Positions 12,167-25,800 of a stretch of 64,000 bases of DNA are shown here, piece by piece. The translations under genes and the position numbers were made by a program. The notes beneath the pieces are model-generated. The model saw nothing but the letters and a program-made list of their open reading frames with translations. It searched no databases and had not been told where the DNA came from. Source of the DNA: Hemiscyllium ocellatum (taxonomy: Eukaryota); assembly GCF_020745735.1 (NCBI RefSeq), contig NW_026867487.1:4295239-4359238 (forward strand), in the 5' to 3' direction. The stretch's first letter is position 1. Each line of letters starts with the position of its first letter.

Positions 12167-15100
12167 CGCCGCACCCCGCAAGAAACAGGACAAACATAGT
12201 TGGGTGCTGCATAAGTTTAGAAGGAATGTTCGCTCTTTCAGGAATTTCTGATAACCATGGCATAGTTTGACCTAGACTTGCACTTGAAATGTCAAATGGC
12301 TCAAAAGTCAACCTCGACGAAGGCGCATAGAATACTGCGAGGTTATCTTCTAAGAAGAGGTTTTGGGGGGGGCGCTTGGTTGCTGCTCGATTATATGCTG
12401 GAAAACGGGACGCAGAGATGTCCAGACCTCTGACGAAGTGTTCCACCTGATACACACTTGAGCAATAAATAAAGCACGAGTAAGGGTGGAGAATGAGCAT
12501 AATTTACAGAACAAGAGAAGGTCCGTGATCCCAGTGAACATTAAAATTATTATGCGCAAACCTATTGTGAAAGCATATTCCTTTCTTTAAACGTCATATT
12601 TCCATGCCCCATTTTCTTTGCCAATGATGACAGTTTCCTTTGGAGGTTTACCAGTGAATCTTTTTATCCTCTCACTTCTAACTATACAACAAATGGTTAA
12701 AAAAAGTCTGTCGTGTACCTGCTGGAAAATCATGTTGCTTTGGTTGTAACCAACTCACTGCAATAAAGCCCAACAAGAGTCAGAGCTTGTCAAAATGTCA
12801 CTCCATCCCTCTTTTACACCGAAGAACATAACCTCGTTATCTTTTGTCTACTCTCAAGAAAGTCCATCATGTGAAGTGCAATGTTGGCTTATAAATACTC
12901 GAAACAACCTGTTCAGACATGTGATTGTAAATCTTTAGAGCACGTCAGATTTCCAGGCTTCAAGGTCCTGATAGTATCACCGCATTATTATAGTTCTTAT
13001 AGTTCCCCCAACCATCTGACACCCATGGTGCTTTCTCATTGCCCTGTTTTGGAATTGACTGTTCGTTGGTATTAATCAATAACATCCTGGAAGAACAAAG
13101 TGGAATTCCAAGGTCAATCAGATCACTCCCGTCCTGTGGAGGAAACGTCATTGTCCTATGATTACCATCACACAATTATAGAAAGGCCTGTTATTTGACT
13201 AATGGAGGAATCAAGAATGTTGAAACTCAAGCAAAGTGCAACTGATAATCAAACTTACAATTACTAGATTACAAGACCAGTGCAATACTAACTGAGCTAT
13301 GGAACCTGAGACGTGCAAGCGTTTCCCATTTGGACAAGAACGCCGAGCATATCATAGCTAGATAATGTGAGAATGGAACAAGTGAACTGCCTGCCTGGGA
13401 ATGCCAATGCCCCAGTGTGGATGCAGACCGTTACATTCGGTGAGTATGCATTGGCCCTCTGATGAATATTACATACATATACAAGCCGAAATCTTATTAG
13501 TGCGGCCTAGCTGGCAATCACACGCGTGAATTGCTAGCCGAAACCGTTTCAGGTAAAGGGAGAATGTACAAAATGCATGCAGTCACCTGAGTCTGGAATC
13601 GAACCGGACGTTATGAAGAGCCGTCGTGGACTAAAAAATCATGAATATGACAGGAGCTGCCTACGTTTTAGTTGTGTACCACTGAATCATTTTAGCGTTT
13701 CATTTTTATCACATTTTTAGACTCATAGAAGAGTTACTCTGAAATCAAAACAACGTGCTACTCGCATGCACACGCTTAGACTGTGAGTAGAAACACTTGC
13801 AGTCAGAAGGCGAAAGTGCAAACCCCAAGCAGACAATCACGTGATTGCGGAATCGAACTCTGATTCCAAGTGATGGAAACCATTCGCGCTCACCACTGAG
13901 CTGTTGTGCACTCAAACTCGTGACGTTATCAGGACATGGCTCAATTGTACAGCTTTGCCCATGAGTCTTCTTACAGTTTCATTGTTGACACTTCACTTCA
14001 GCCCAGTAGAACAGTCACACAGTCATCAATAAAACTTTCTCCTGGCATGCCAATGCTTGAAGTGCAAACATAAACCATTCCAGGTAGAGAGCAAAAGCGC
14101 AAACTCTAAGCAGACGCTCACATGCGTGCAGAGTCGAACCTAAACCCGTGGTCTTGTAAAGCAGCCAGGCTATCCACTGAGCCTGACCTTATCAGGAAAT
14201 TGTTGTTTTCGAGATATTTATAATCGCCTTTGCACTCATTACAAACAAAATCTTTCACAGGCGGTGTGGCTCGATGGATAAGCCAACATTTATTGGCAAC
14301 CTCTAACTGCCCTGGAGAAGGTTTTGGTGAGATGACTTCCTGACCGCTGCTGTTTTTGGAATGTTGCAACACCCGGAGTGTTAGGGGAAAGTGGTTCTCA
14401 GAGTATAGACCCTGGGACACTGAGCGAATATTAATGCAGTTATGACAAGGCAGGGTATTGAATGATATAGATAGGAACTTCTGTCGAAATGATCCATAAA
14501 TACCTCGCATTAAAACAATGAAATTTGAAGGCAATAAGTAAATAATGAGACACCCTAACTAGTCAAAACAAAGTTTCAAGCACGTGTTCACCGAAGGTTT
14601 ACACCTAATTGTAGTTTTACTTCTACCAGAGGGACAATATCGATCTTTCTGCAGGAAAAGAATACAAAATCATCCATAATCTCCAGATGTCGGGGACAGA
14701 ATGGAAATTGCAGCATCAGAAATTTTCAGTTATTTAATATTAACTTGATCACCATTCCCGAGAACAGGGCAAGTTGGAGGGATTCCTGCTAACAACTGCT
14801 CAGCATCTGCAGAATATGAAGAATAGGCAGATATGCAATTCTTCAGATTAGAAAGACATGGGAGGCTAGAAAAACACGTAAGCTTTTTTGAACTATCTTC
14901 CATCCGATTATCATCAATCTCTAATGTCATTGAAAAGGGTTGCATGAGAAAACAGATACCAAGGCCAATTTAATTCCCACTTTAATATCTTTTCGCATTT
15001 TCTGCACCTTCCGTTCTTTTGTACTTTCCACAGATTAATATCAGAAACAAAGCATTGAATATTTCGACAGCTTCATGGGATTATCAAATATACTTCTATT

Positions 15101-15386
15101 CAGAACATTTGTAAAGGACGCATCAAAATGCTTCGACATGAAAAATACAGAAAATGCAATAAAATTTAACTTGTCTCTCTTAAACACGTTCTCCACTGCC
15201 GAAGCTCCTGATACGTGGAACTCTCTGTTTGACGATTATTGATGGATGCCAGTTACAATCCAAGGCGGATTTCAAATGTAAATTTTCTGTTCCTTCTAGA
15301 ATTGACGCAAATGTTGAAGAAATGTCATTGACCTCACTTCCTGAGATCGCGCTAAAAGAGGGGAGGTTGAAAGCTTGGTCCCATTT

Positions 15387-15387
<1 letters not shown>

Positions 15388-15468
<81 letters not shown>

Positions 15469-15482
15469 CGCGTGTGTGTGTG
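15388..15482. repeat. Long (TG)n microsatellite
   Basis: Seen directly; longest tract in the window. Confidence 0.97.
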
Positions 15483-15817
15483 CATTAGCTTCAGAAAACT
15501 ACACATGTGAGTCAGAGACTTGGAATGAATTTGTGACATCGACTGCAGCTGCTGTTTCCGTGAAATCCTTTTGTAATATTTCTGCATTTGTCTGCCAAGA
15601 AGGAACAAAGACTTACTTGAACAGTATGTGCCGACGAACACCTCCTCTGCCGCCACAGTCAAACTAACGTTAGTATTGCAAATCCAGGAGATGTCTGTGT
15701 CCGTGAGTGGAAGGAACTGAGTGGAAAGATGAGAAGGGAAGACATTGGCGTCATTGATTTGAAAAGTAACAGGAAACAGAATTGCACAGGTAGGTGTTAA
15801 GTTTTATTCCCACCATA

Positions 15818-15917
15818 NNNNNNNNNNNNNNNNNNNNNNNNNNNNNNNNNNNNNNNNNNNNNNNNNNNNNNNNNNNNNNNNNNNNNNNNNNNNNNNNNNN
15901 NNNNNNNNNNNNNNNNN
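15818..15917. other. Assembly gap (100 N, placeholder size)
   Basis: Run of N at the position where paralogous units carry RSS, V exon and leader. Confidence 0.99.
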
Positions 15918-17763
15918 GGCAATCCACCAGTACATTGTGTAAAGTAAATATTTGTCAGTGACAATTGGGCTGATTTAACAATGCCCGAGGACACAATTGC
16001 CTATCGTCGAGGAATGTTGCAGTTTCTTAATAATGGTGGAGATCATCCACCACACCCTACCCCCATCCCCCATCATGTTATCTATCTACAGTTTTAAAGA
16101 AATATTCCCTTGGTCTTCGTCCTCTGCTTTGGTCAGTTCACCTGTCTGGGGAAGACTGCTTGATGAAGACTGCTTTCCCCTCTGCTTTGAGTCGATTCTT
16201 GATCCCTGCAATGGTCCTTCTGCACTAACTTGACCTTGTCCACTCTTGCACCTTTTCATTGCGGATATGGTTTCTTTAACTTTCTTGCCAACATAGTGGA
16301 CATTCTAGTGCGGAATGAGGGTAGCCTATAATAATTTTCCGAGCGTCTTCTATCCTGAATGTCTCCTCTCTTTCTCTGAGCCTGCACTGAGTTTAATCAT
16401 ATTTCGAGGAGAAGTATATTCTCTCTGTGCACATTAATTATCTAAAACCTTCTTTTCAATGTGTGTGGGGCAACCACTAACGACATCGGCTTATCATCAT
16501 CCCAGCATCTGATTTATGTTCGTGTTAGCGCAACATGTTTTTACAGTTTAACATTTAAACACAACACAAAGAAAATAGTGAACTGATGTTGGGCAAAGTG
16601 ATGTAACTGTTCATCGTAATCTCCTGTTTGTTTTCATATGAAACTGTTCTTTAAGATTAAGGACATCTATTTAATACAAACTCATGCTGAACACTAAGTG
16701 CCAGGAAATCTTTTTTTAGAAAATCTTCAAGACAGAGTTTCGTTCATGAACAGAAATCAGTGCCTCATTGATTTCTCTCAAAGTGCAACCTCTAAATTAT
16801 TTCCCATCGTCTTCATTGTGTTTGAAGTTGCATTTGACAGTTTCGGATGTCTTCGCAATTGCCAACAGATGGCAATGTCTGTTCACTTATGCAATATCAC
16901 CATCACCCTTCTACAGAAAGACAAGTTTGAAGATTTATGAATGGGCCTGAAGGAAATGTACACCAGCCGAACAACTAGATTCGATGTAATTTTCTCCCAT
17001 TCAGGGCCTGATGAAGACAGTGATCACTGTCTCTGTTTCTGGAGTTCAGACAGAAGCCGGGGAGGAGGGTGGGGGAGGTTGGGGATGGGTTGGGTGGTGG
17101 TGAAACCATGACAGACACTGGTTATTGTCTTGAAGATAGGACTTTGAATCTGCTTTCGAAATTCCTCAGTCATCTCACCATAACCCATTCACGTTCCTGA
17201 ATGATCAGTTTTCTTCTGTTTCCCATTCGTATACGCTGTGACTGCTGATGGTTCTCAGAGATGAGTAGCAGGGATTCAGTATCCCCGTCAGAATGAAAGT
17301 AGCGTTAAATGGTGATGATTCAGTAATACTGAATTTCTATCTAATGTACCGAACGTCTATGACTTGTATATTACCACAATCCACATCAAACTCCTTGGTT
17401 GCTGCTCAGAATCCAAATCAATGGTGCTAACGAGACTCTTCGCAGATTGGAATACAGTAAGGAATAAAACAACACATGTTTTAGTGCAGGAAGTACCAGG
17501 AAACCGTATATTGCTATGCTCATGTTAGACGCAACTGAGCATTTTAGTATTCTGGAACGTATCATTTAAGGCAACTGCATAAGTTTGGAATGAGTAAAAA
17601 GCAAAAGCTGGGACTTTACAGTGCGAATAGTGGGTTTACACACAGGGGACAAGGGATCAATTGTTTCCACTCAGGTGATGGTTTTGAAAAGATAACGAAT
17701 TGGCAAAGCCAAGAAATACAGATGCATTGCAACGACTCTCCACTCCCCCCACGCCCCGCCCCA

Positions 17764-17771
17764 CAAACACG

Positions 17772-17820
<49 letters not shown>

Positions 17821-17822
17821 AC
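17764..17822. repeat. (CA)n microsatellite
   Basis: Seen directly. Confidence 0.95.
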
Positions 17823-20800
17823 CCCCGCCGCACCCCGCAGCAAACAGGACAAACAGAGTTGGGTGCTGCATAAGGTTAGAAGGAATGCTCATTCTTCAGG
17901 AATTTCGTATAACCATGGCATAGTTTGACCTAGAGTTGTACTTGAAAATGTCAAATGGCTCAAAAGTTAACCTCGACGAAGGCGGATAGAATACAGTGAG
18001 GTTAGCTTCTAAGAACGGGGAAGACGTTCTGGGGCAGCGCTTGGTTTCTGCTCGATTATATGCTGGAACACGTGACGCTGAGATGCCTAGACCTCTGCCG
18101 AAGTATTGCACCTGTGACCAACTTGAGCAGTAAATAAAGCACGAGTAAGGGTGGAGAATGAACATAAGTTACAGAACAAGAGAAGGTCAGTTATCCCAGT
18201 GAACAATAAAATTATTGTGCCCAAACCTATTGTGAAAGCATATTCCATTCTGTTAACGTCATATTTCCATGCCCCATTTTCTTTGCCAATGATGACAGTT
18301 TCCTTTGGAGGTTTACCAGTGAATCTTTTTATCCTCTCACTTCTAACTATACACTAAATGGTTTAAAAAAATTCTGTCGTGTACCTGCTGGAAAATCATG
18401 TTGCTTTGGTTGTAACCAACTCACTGCAATAAAGCCCAACGAGAGTCAGAGCTTTGAACACACAAAATGTCACTCCACCCCTCTTTTCTAATGAAGAACA
18501 TAACCTCGTTTTCTTTTGTCTACTCTGAAGAAAGTCCATTATGTGAAGTGCAATGTTGGCTTATAAATACTCGAAACAACCTGTTCAGACATGTGATTGT
18601 AAATCTTTAGAGCACGTCAAATTTCCAGGCTTCAAGGTCCTGATAGTATCACCGCATTATTATAGTTCTTATCATTATATGCAAATGAAACTTACTCAAA
18701 GATACTAGGCACTACTGGATATGACCCAGGCACCTTGTCACAATGGTTGTTCCCCCAACCATCTGACACGCATGGTGCTTTCTCATTGCCCAGTTTTGGA
18801 ATTGACTCTTAGTTGGTGTTAATCAATGACATCCTGGAAGAACTAACTGGAATTCCAAGGTCAGTCACATCACTCCTGTCCTGTGGAGTTAACGTCATTA
18901 TCCTATGATTACCATCACACAATCATAGAAACGCCCTTTACTTTACTAATGGAGGAATCAAGAATGTTGAAACTCTAGCAAAGTGCCACTGATAATCAAA
19001 GTTACAATAACTAGATTACAAGACCAGTGCAATACTAACCGACCTAAGGAACCTGAGATGTGCAAGCGTTTCCCATTTGGACAAGAACGCCGAGCATATC
19101 ATAGCCAGATAATGTGAGAATGCAACAAGTGAACTGCCTGCCCGGGAATGCCAATGCCCCAGTGTGGATGCAGTCTGTTTCATTCGGTGAGTACACATTA
19201 GCCCTCTGATGAATATTATATACATATGCAAGCCGAAATCTTATTAATGCAGCCTAGCTGGCAATCGCACGCGTGAATTGCTAGCCGAAACCGTTTCAGG
19301 CAAAGGGAAAATGTACAAAATGCATGCAGTCACCTGAGTCCGGAATCGAACCAGACATTATGAAGTGGTGTTAACCACAGAGCCGTCGTGGACTAAAAAA
19401 TCATGAATATGACAGGAGCTGCCTAAGTTTTAGATGTTTACCACTGAATCACTTTAGCATTTCATTTTTATCACATTTTTAGACTCATAGAAGAGTTTCT
19501 CTGAAATCAATAAAACATGCTACTTGCATGGCCACGCTTTGACTGTGAGTAGATACACTTGCAGTCAGAGGCCGGAAGTGCAAACCCCACGCAGACAATC
19601 ACGTGATTGCGGAATCGACCTCTGATTCCAAGTGATGGAAACGATTCGGGCTCATCACTGAGCTGTTGTGCACTCCAACTCGTGACGTTATCAGGGCATG
19701 GCTCAATTTTAGAGCTTTGCCCATGAGACTTCTTACCGTTTCATTGTTGACACTTCACTTCAGCCCAGTAGAACAGTCACACAGTCATCAATAAAACTTA
19801 CTCCTGGCATGCCAATGCTTGAAGTTCAAACAGAAACCATTCCAGGTAGAGAGCAAAAGCGCAAACTTCATGCATACGCTCACATGCGTGCAGAGTCGAA
19901 CCTAAACCCGTGATCTTGTAAAGCAGCCAGGATATCCACTGAGCCTGACCTTATCAGGAAATTGTTGTTTTCGAGATATTTATGATCGCCTTTGCACTCA
20001 TTACAAACAAAATCTTTCGCAGACGGTGTGGATCGATGGATAAGCCAACATTTATTGGCAACCTCTAACTGCCCTGGAGAAGGTGTTGGTGAGATGACTT
20101 CCTGACCGCTGCTGTTTCTGGAATGTTGCAACACCCGGAGTGTTGGGGGAAAGTGGTTCTCAGAATGTAGACCCAGGGACACTGAGCGAATATTAACGCA
20201 GTTATGACAAGGCAGGGTGTTGAATGATATAGATAGGAACTTCTGTCGAAATGATCCATAAATACCTCGCATTAAAACAACGAAATTTGAAGTCAATAAG
20301 TAAATAATGAGACACCCCAACTAGTCAAAACAAAGTTTCGAACATGTGTTTACCAAAGGTTTGCACCTCATTGTAGTTTTACTTCTACCTGAGGGACAAT
20401 ATCGTTCTTTCTGCAGGAAAAGAATACAAAATCATCCATAATCTCCAGATGTCGGGGCGAGAATGGAAATTGCAGCATCAGAAATTTTCAGTTATTTAAT
20501 ATTAACTTGATCACCATTCCCGAGAATAGGGCAAGGTGGAGAGATTCCTGCTAACTAATGTTCAGCATCTGCAGAGTTTGAAAAACAGGCTTATATGCAA
20601 TTCCTCAGATTACAAAGACGTGGGAGACTAGAAAAACACGTCAGCGTTTTTGAACTATCTTCCATCCTGTTATCATCAATCTCGAATGTCATTGCAAAGG
20701 GTTGCATGAGAAAACAGATGCCAAGGCCAATTTCATCCTCACTTTAATATCTTTTTCGCATTTTCTACGCATTTCCATTCGTTTGTACTGTCTACAGACT

Positions 20801-21147
20801 AATATCAGAAACAAAACATTGAATTTTACGACAGCTTCATTTGATATCAAAATATACATGTATTCAGAATATTTGTGAAGGATGTGTCAAAATGCTTTGA
20901 GATGAAAAACACAGGACCTTCATTCAACTTCATCTTGTCTCTCCTAAACACGTTCTCCTCTGCCAAAGTTAGTTACACCTGCAACTCTCTGTTTGACGAT
21001 TATTGTTGGTTGCCAGTTACAATCCAAGGCGGATTTAAAATGTAAATTTTCTGTTCCTTCTTGAATTGACGCCACTGTTGAAGAAATAACATTGAACTCA
21101 CTGCCTGTGATTGAGCCAAAAGAGGGAAGGTTGAAAGCTTTGTCCCG

Positions 21148-21181
<34 letters not shown>
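21148..21181. repeat. (TG)n microsatellite
   Basis: Seen directly. Confidence 0.95.
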
Positions 21182-21183
<2 letters not shown>

Positions 21184-21695
21184 TAGCTTCAGAAATCTGT
21201 GCACATGGCAGTCAGAGACTTGGAATGAATTTGCGACATTGTCTGCAGCTGCTGTTTCTGCGAAGTCAATTTGTAATATTTCTGCAATTTTCTGCCAAGA
21301 AGAAACAAAGACTTAGTTGAACAATATGTTCCGACGAACCCCTCTCCTGCCGCCGCAGTTAAACTAACGTTAGTATTGCGAATCCATCAGATATCTGTGT
21401 CTGTGAGTGGAAGGAATTGAGTGGAAAGATGAGTAGGGAAGACATTGGCGTCATTGATTGGAAAAGTAACAGGAAACAGAATTGCACAGACACATGTTAA
21501 GTTTTATTCCCACCATATTGGCTTCCCGAATTTTCAGACTGATAGAAATCCGAAAATTGAACACTACTTTATTTATTGAGATAGTTCTTCTCACTTCAAG
21601 AATTTGGTTTGTAATTATTCCTCTGGAGGTGAATTGTTTCTGTTCCTCGCTGTGAGACTGCCTTCTCGTGAGCTCTAACGGGAACACTGACAGTG

Positions 21696-21734
21696 GGTTT
21701 TTGACGTGCTGTGCTATCTGTCTGCGCCAGTGTG
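21696..21734 (-). other. 23-bp-spacer RSS
   Basis: CACACTG / 23 nt / TCAAAAACC. Confidence 0.95.
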
Positions 21735-22201
21735 AGGCTCATGGCACAGAAATACACAACAGAGTCAGTGTTGAAGGCATTGTTGATCGTTAACTCGGTA
21801 ATCTTCGCAGTTTTATCAAATGTCAAAGAAAAACGATCTGAGAAGTCAGGATTCCTGTTTACAATTCCAGCTGAAAGCATATAAACGACGTATTGAGGAG
21901 GCTGCCCTGGGGGCTGACTGTACCAAAAAGCAGAAAGATAAGTAGAACTTGTCTTCAAATTGCAGGTGATTGTGACATTATTTCCTTCCTCAACAGTCAT
22001 TTCAGGAATTGGCTGCTCCACTGTGTCTTCGTAACTGTATTCTAACAAGAATAATAACATTATTTGAAGTCACGATCATTACAGTGATTCTCTTACTAAT
22101 TGTAACGTCTGGTGTACAATCACTTTCGCCAGGTCTAATGGAAGGGAAGACTTACTGAGAAGTGAGACAATGATGAGGAGTCGAGAAAGGCAGTTCTTCA
22201 T
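21735..22201 (-). CDS. Intact TCR alpha/delta-type V segment, family A copy 2 (leader 22201-22156; V exon 22041-21735)
   Basis: Open frame YSYEDTVEQP...TCNLKTSSTYLSAFWYSQ...TDSVVYFCAMS. Splice sites and RSS intact. Confidence 0.93.
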
Positions 22202-24765
22202 GGTTCTCACTGCCTTGTCAGTTTTTCAGTCCAGAAACTCCTCTGTCGTCGAGCCCCTTTCGAATTTGTTCCTGTCGATCACAAACAGCAAGCACGACAG
22301 CAGTCTCTTAAATAACACAGGGCGGAAAGGCGAGTCAGAGTTAGAACAAACGGAAGTTGAAATCAGGACTGTTGCAACACAGCTCTGAGTGAACTACAGT
22401 TGAGAACAGAAAATAATTGTCACTGCTCAGTTTTGCATCCGGAACTGTTTAATGCTGAGAAACCTGCCACCAATCTGCTCTTTCAGAAACAAAGTAACCG
22501 AGGAGCAGGTAGATGGGGAGGGGATTTTAAAATATCTAAATTCATGGAAACATACCATACCGCATATGCTCAATCGGGCAATGCATCTGCACTTTGAAAA
22601 GACTATCTAATTAATTCCAGTCCTTTCACTCTCTCCACCTTTTTTTTTTGCTGTGCAACTTTTGTTACTTTTCCAAGTGCACTTACAATCCCACGTAGAA
22701 AATTCCAAGGTCATCCAATACTACCATCTTCTCACTGCAGAATTAATCAATATGAGTATGGTTCGATTCATAATTTTGACCTTTCTCTCGATCTTTTTCC
22801 GTCTGTTCCCGAATACCTTACTAGTGAAAACAATATTTCAGATCTATTTTATCAATCCAGTTTTAATTTTGTGCATCTTATTAATATCTTCTTTCATTTT
22901 GATGTTTCCTGTTTCAGTCTGCCTTTCTTTTTGTTAATTCTTCTTTAATTTTACTATTTCTCTTTACTTCCTAATTTTCTCCCTTTTCACCAGCATCGGA
23001 TCTCCGCTAATCCTGGTTTTACTTTTATCTCGTTACTATGCTCTACATGTCTTCAGACCGACTATCAAATCGATGAGTCTGATTCCGAGTTTGGGGTCAT
23101 CATCGCTTGTTTGTGAATTCACTCCACCTAGTTCTCAACAGAAAACAGTTTTTCACTGTTTCAATCACAATTGCATGGAAAACGATTCATTGCAAATTTC
23201 TCGTAGTTTATTGAGTCTATGAAGAATCAATAGTTTATAGATAATGCGCCAGTTAATTATGTTTAAAAAAGTAAGTCCGTGATATTTGGACTCATTTAAC
23301 AATATCAGAAGACACAATGGCCTATCGTTGAGGAATGTTTCAGTCTCTTTATAACAGTGGAGATCACCCCCATCATGCTATCTATCCGCAGTGTTAAAGA
23401 TATATTCCCTTGGTCTTCGTCCTCTCCTTTGATCAGTCATCCACCTGTCTGGGGAAGACTGCTTGATGAAAACTGCTTTCCTCTCTGCTTTGAATCTATT
23501 CTTGATCCCTGCAATGGTCCTTCTGTACTAAGTTGACCTTGCCCGCTCTTGCACCTTTTCATTGCGGACATGGTTTCTTTAAATTTCTTGGCAACATAGT
23601 GGGAATTCTAGTGCGCAATGAGTGTAGCCTATAATAACTCTCCGAGCGTCGTCAATCCTGAATGTCTCCGCTCTTTCTCTGAGCCTGGCACTGAGTTTAA
23701 TCATATTTCGAGGAGAAGAATAATTCTCTCTGTGCACATTAATTATCTAATCCCTTCTTTTCAATGTGTATGGGGCAGCCACTTACAACATTGGCTTATT
23801 ATCATCCCAGCATCCGATTTATGTCCGAGCTGGTGCAACATGCTTTTGAAGCTTAACATTTAAATACAACACAAAGAAAATAGTGTGCTGATATGGGGCA
23901 AAGTGATGTAACGGTTGATTGCAATTTCCTTGTTTGTTTTCACGTGAAACAGTTCTTTAAGATTAAGCACATCTGTTCAATACAATCTCATGCTGAACAC
24001 TAAGTGCCAGGAAAGCTCAATTTTTTTTAGAAAATCTTCAAGACAGGGTTTCGTTCGTGAACAGAAATCAGTGGCTCATTGCTGCTTTCTCTCAAAGTGC
24101 AACATTTTAATTATTTCCCATCGTCTTCAGTGTGTTTGCAGTTGCATTTGACGGTTTTGGATGTTTTCACAATTGCCAACAGATGGCAATGTCAGTTCAC
24201 TTATGCAATATCACCATCACCCTTCTACAGAAAAACACGTTTGAAGATTATGAATGGGCCTGAAGGAAATGTACACCAGCTGAACAATTAGCTTCGACGT
24301 AATTTTCTCCCATTCTGGGCCTGATGAAGACAGTGATCACAGTTTCTGTTTCTGGAGCTCAGACAGAAGCCGGGGAGGAGGGGGAATGGTGGGGGTGGTG
24401 TTGTAACCATGACAGATACTGGTTATTGCCTTGACGATAGGAATTTGAATCTGCTGTCTAAATTCCTCAGTCATCTCACCATAACCCATTCACGGTCCTG
24501 AATGACCAGTTTTGTTCTGTTTCCCATTCGTAAACGCTGTGCCTGCTGATAGTTCTCCGAGATGAGGAGCAGGAATTCAGTATGCCAGTCAGGATAAAAG
24601 TAGCATTAAATGGTGATGATTCAGCAATACTGAATTTCTATGTCATGCATCTAGCGTCTATGACTTGTATATTACTACAATCCACATCAAGCTCCTTAGT
24701 TGCTGCTCCGAATCCAAATCTATGGTGCTAACGACACTTTTCCCAGATTGGAATACAGTAAGGAA

Positions 24766-25240
24766 TAGACCAGTGTGACTGGCATCAGTGTTGATTAAGT
24801 TCTTAGAGGGATTGTGTAGAACAGGATTAGCGAGGTTTGAGAAGATTTGTAGCTCATGTTAAGGTTCTTGATGTAGATCTGCCCGCTGAGCCGAAAGGTT
24901 CACTTTCAGACATTTTGTCATCATACGAGGTAACATCGTCAGTCAGCTTCTGGACAAAGGACCGAATTTCAATGTACTCGGAATGGAAGGACTGATCAGG
25001 GATAATCAACATAACGTTGTGCGTGAGAAATCAAAACTCACTAACTTGATTATGTCTTTTGTGATTTGACAAAGAAGATTGATGAAGTCCATAATATAGG
25101 CTTGGCTAAATGGTCTTCAGCAAGGCTTTCGACAAGCTTTGACATGTTGGACTGTGAGCAAGATTTAATCACATGGTATGTAGCCACATCCAACTAATTG
25201 GATGCAAAACTTGATTGAAGGGAGGAGACAAATGATCTGT
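24766..25240 (+). mobile_element. CR1 RT fragment with nested PLE fragment (U4 copy)
   Basis: Paralogous to 2823-3300; absent (deleted) in U3 at ~17465. Confidence 0.7.
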
Positions 25241-25738
25241 TCGTATTTAGTGATGTGGATTAAGAATATCAGAAATTGACCTGGCTCCTGACGATACAAT
25301 TGTAAGGAAAATGATCGCATATCTAAAATGGCAGATCACCGAATCTCGTTCAAACTTTATCACTGTAACCATTTCCTGTGAGGTGGAATTTTCACAGTTA
25401 AGTCCTGCAGAAATTTAGATATTCTAAGGATGACTTTAACCAATGAACCAAACTAACAGCACGTGATTTAATACAGGAATTACCAGAAAATGGAAGATTG
25501 CTATGCTCATGTCATAGCATGTACCAGTAAAGGGAACTGGATTATTTTGGAATCGGTAAAAAGCAAAAGCTGGGACCTTACAGTGCAAATTGTGGGTTCG
25601 CACAGAGAGGACAAAGGATCAATTGTTTCCACTCAGATGGTGGATTTGAAAAGATCACGAATTTGCAAAGCCAAGAAATGTAGATACGTTGAAACGACTC
25701 TCCTCTCCCCCCACATCCACTCCCGCCCCCCTCACATA

Positions 25739-25775
<37 letters not shown>

Positions 25776-25800
25776 ACACACACACAGACACGCACACACA
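25739..25800. repeat. Interrupted (CA)n microsatellite
   Basis: Seen directly. Confidence 0.95.
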
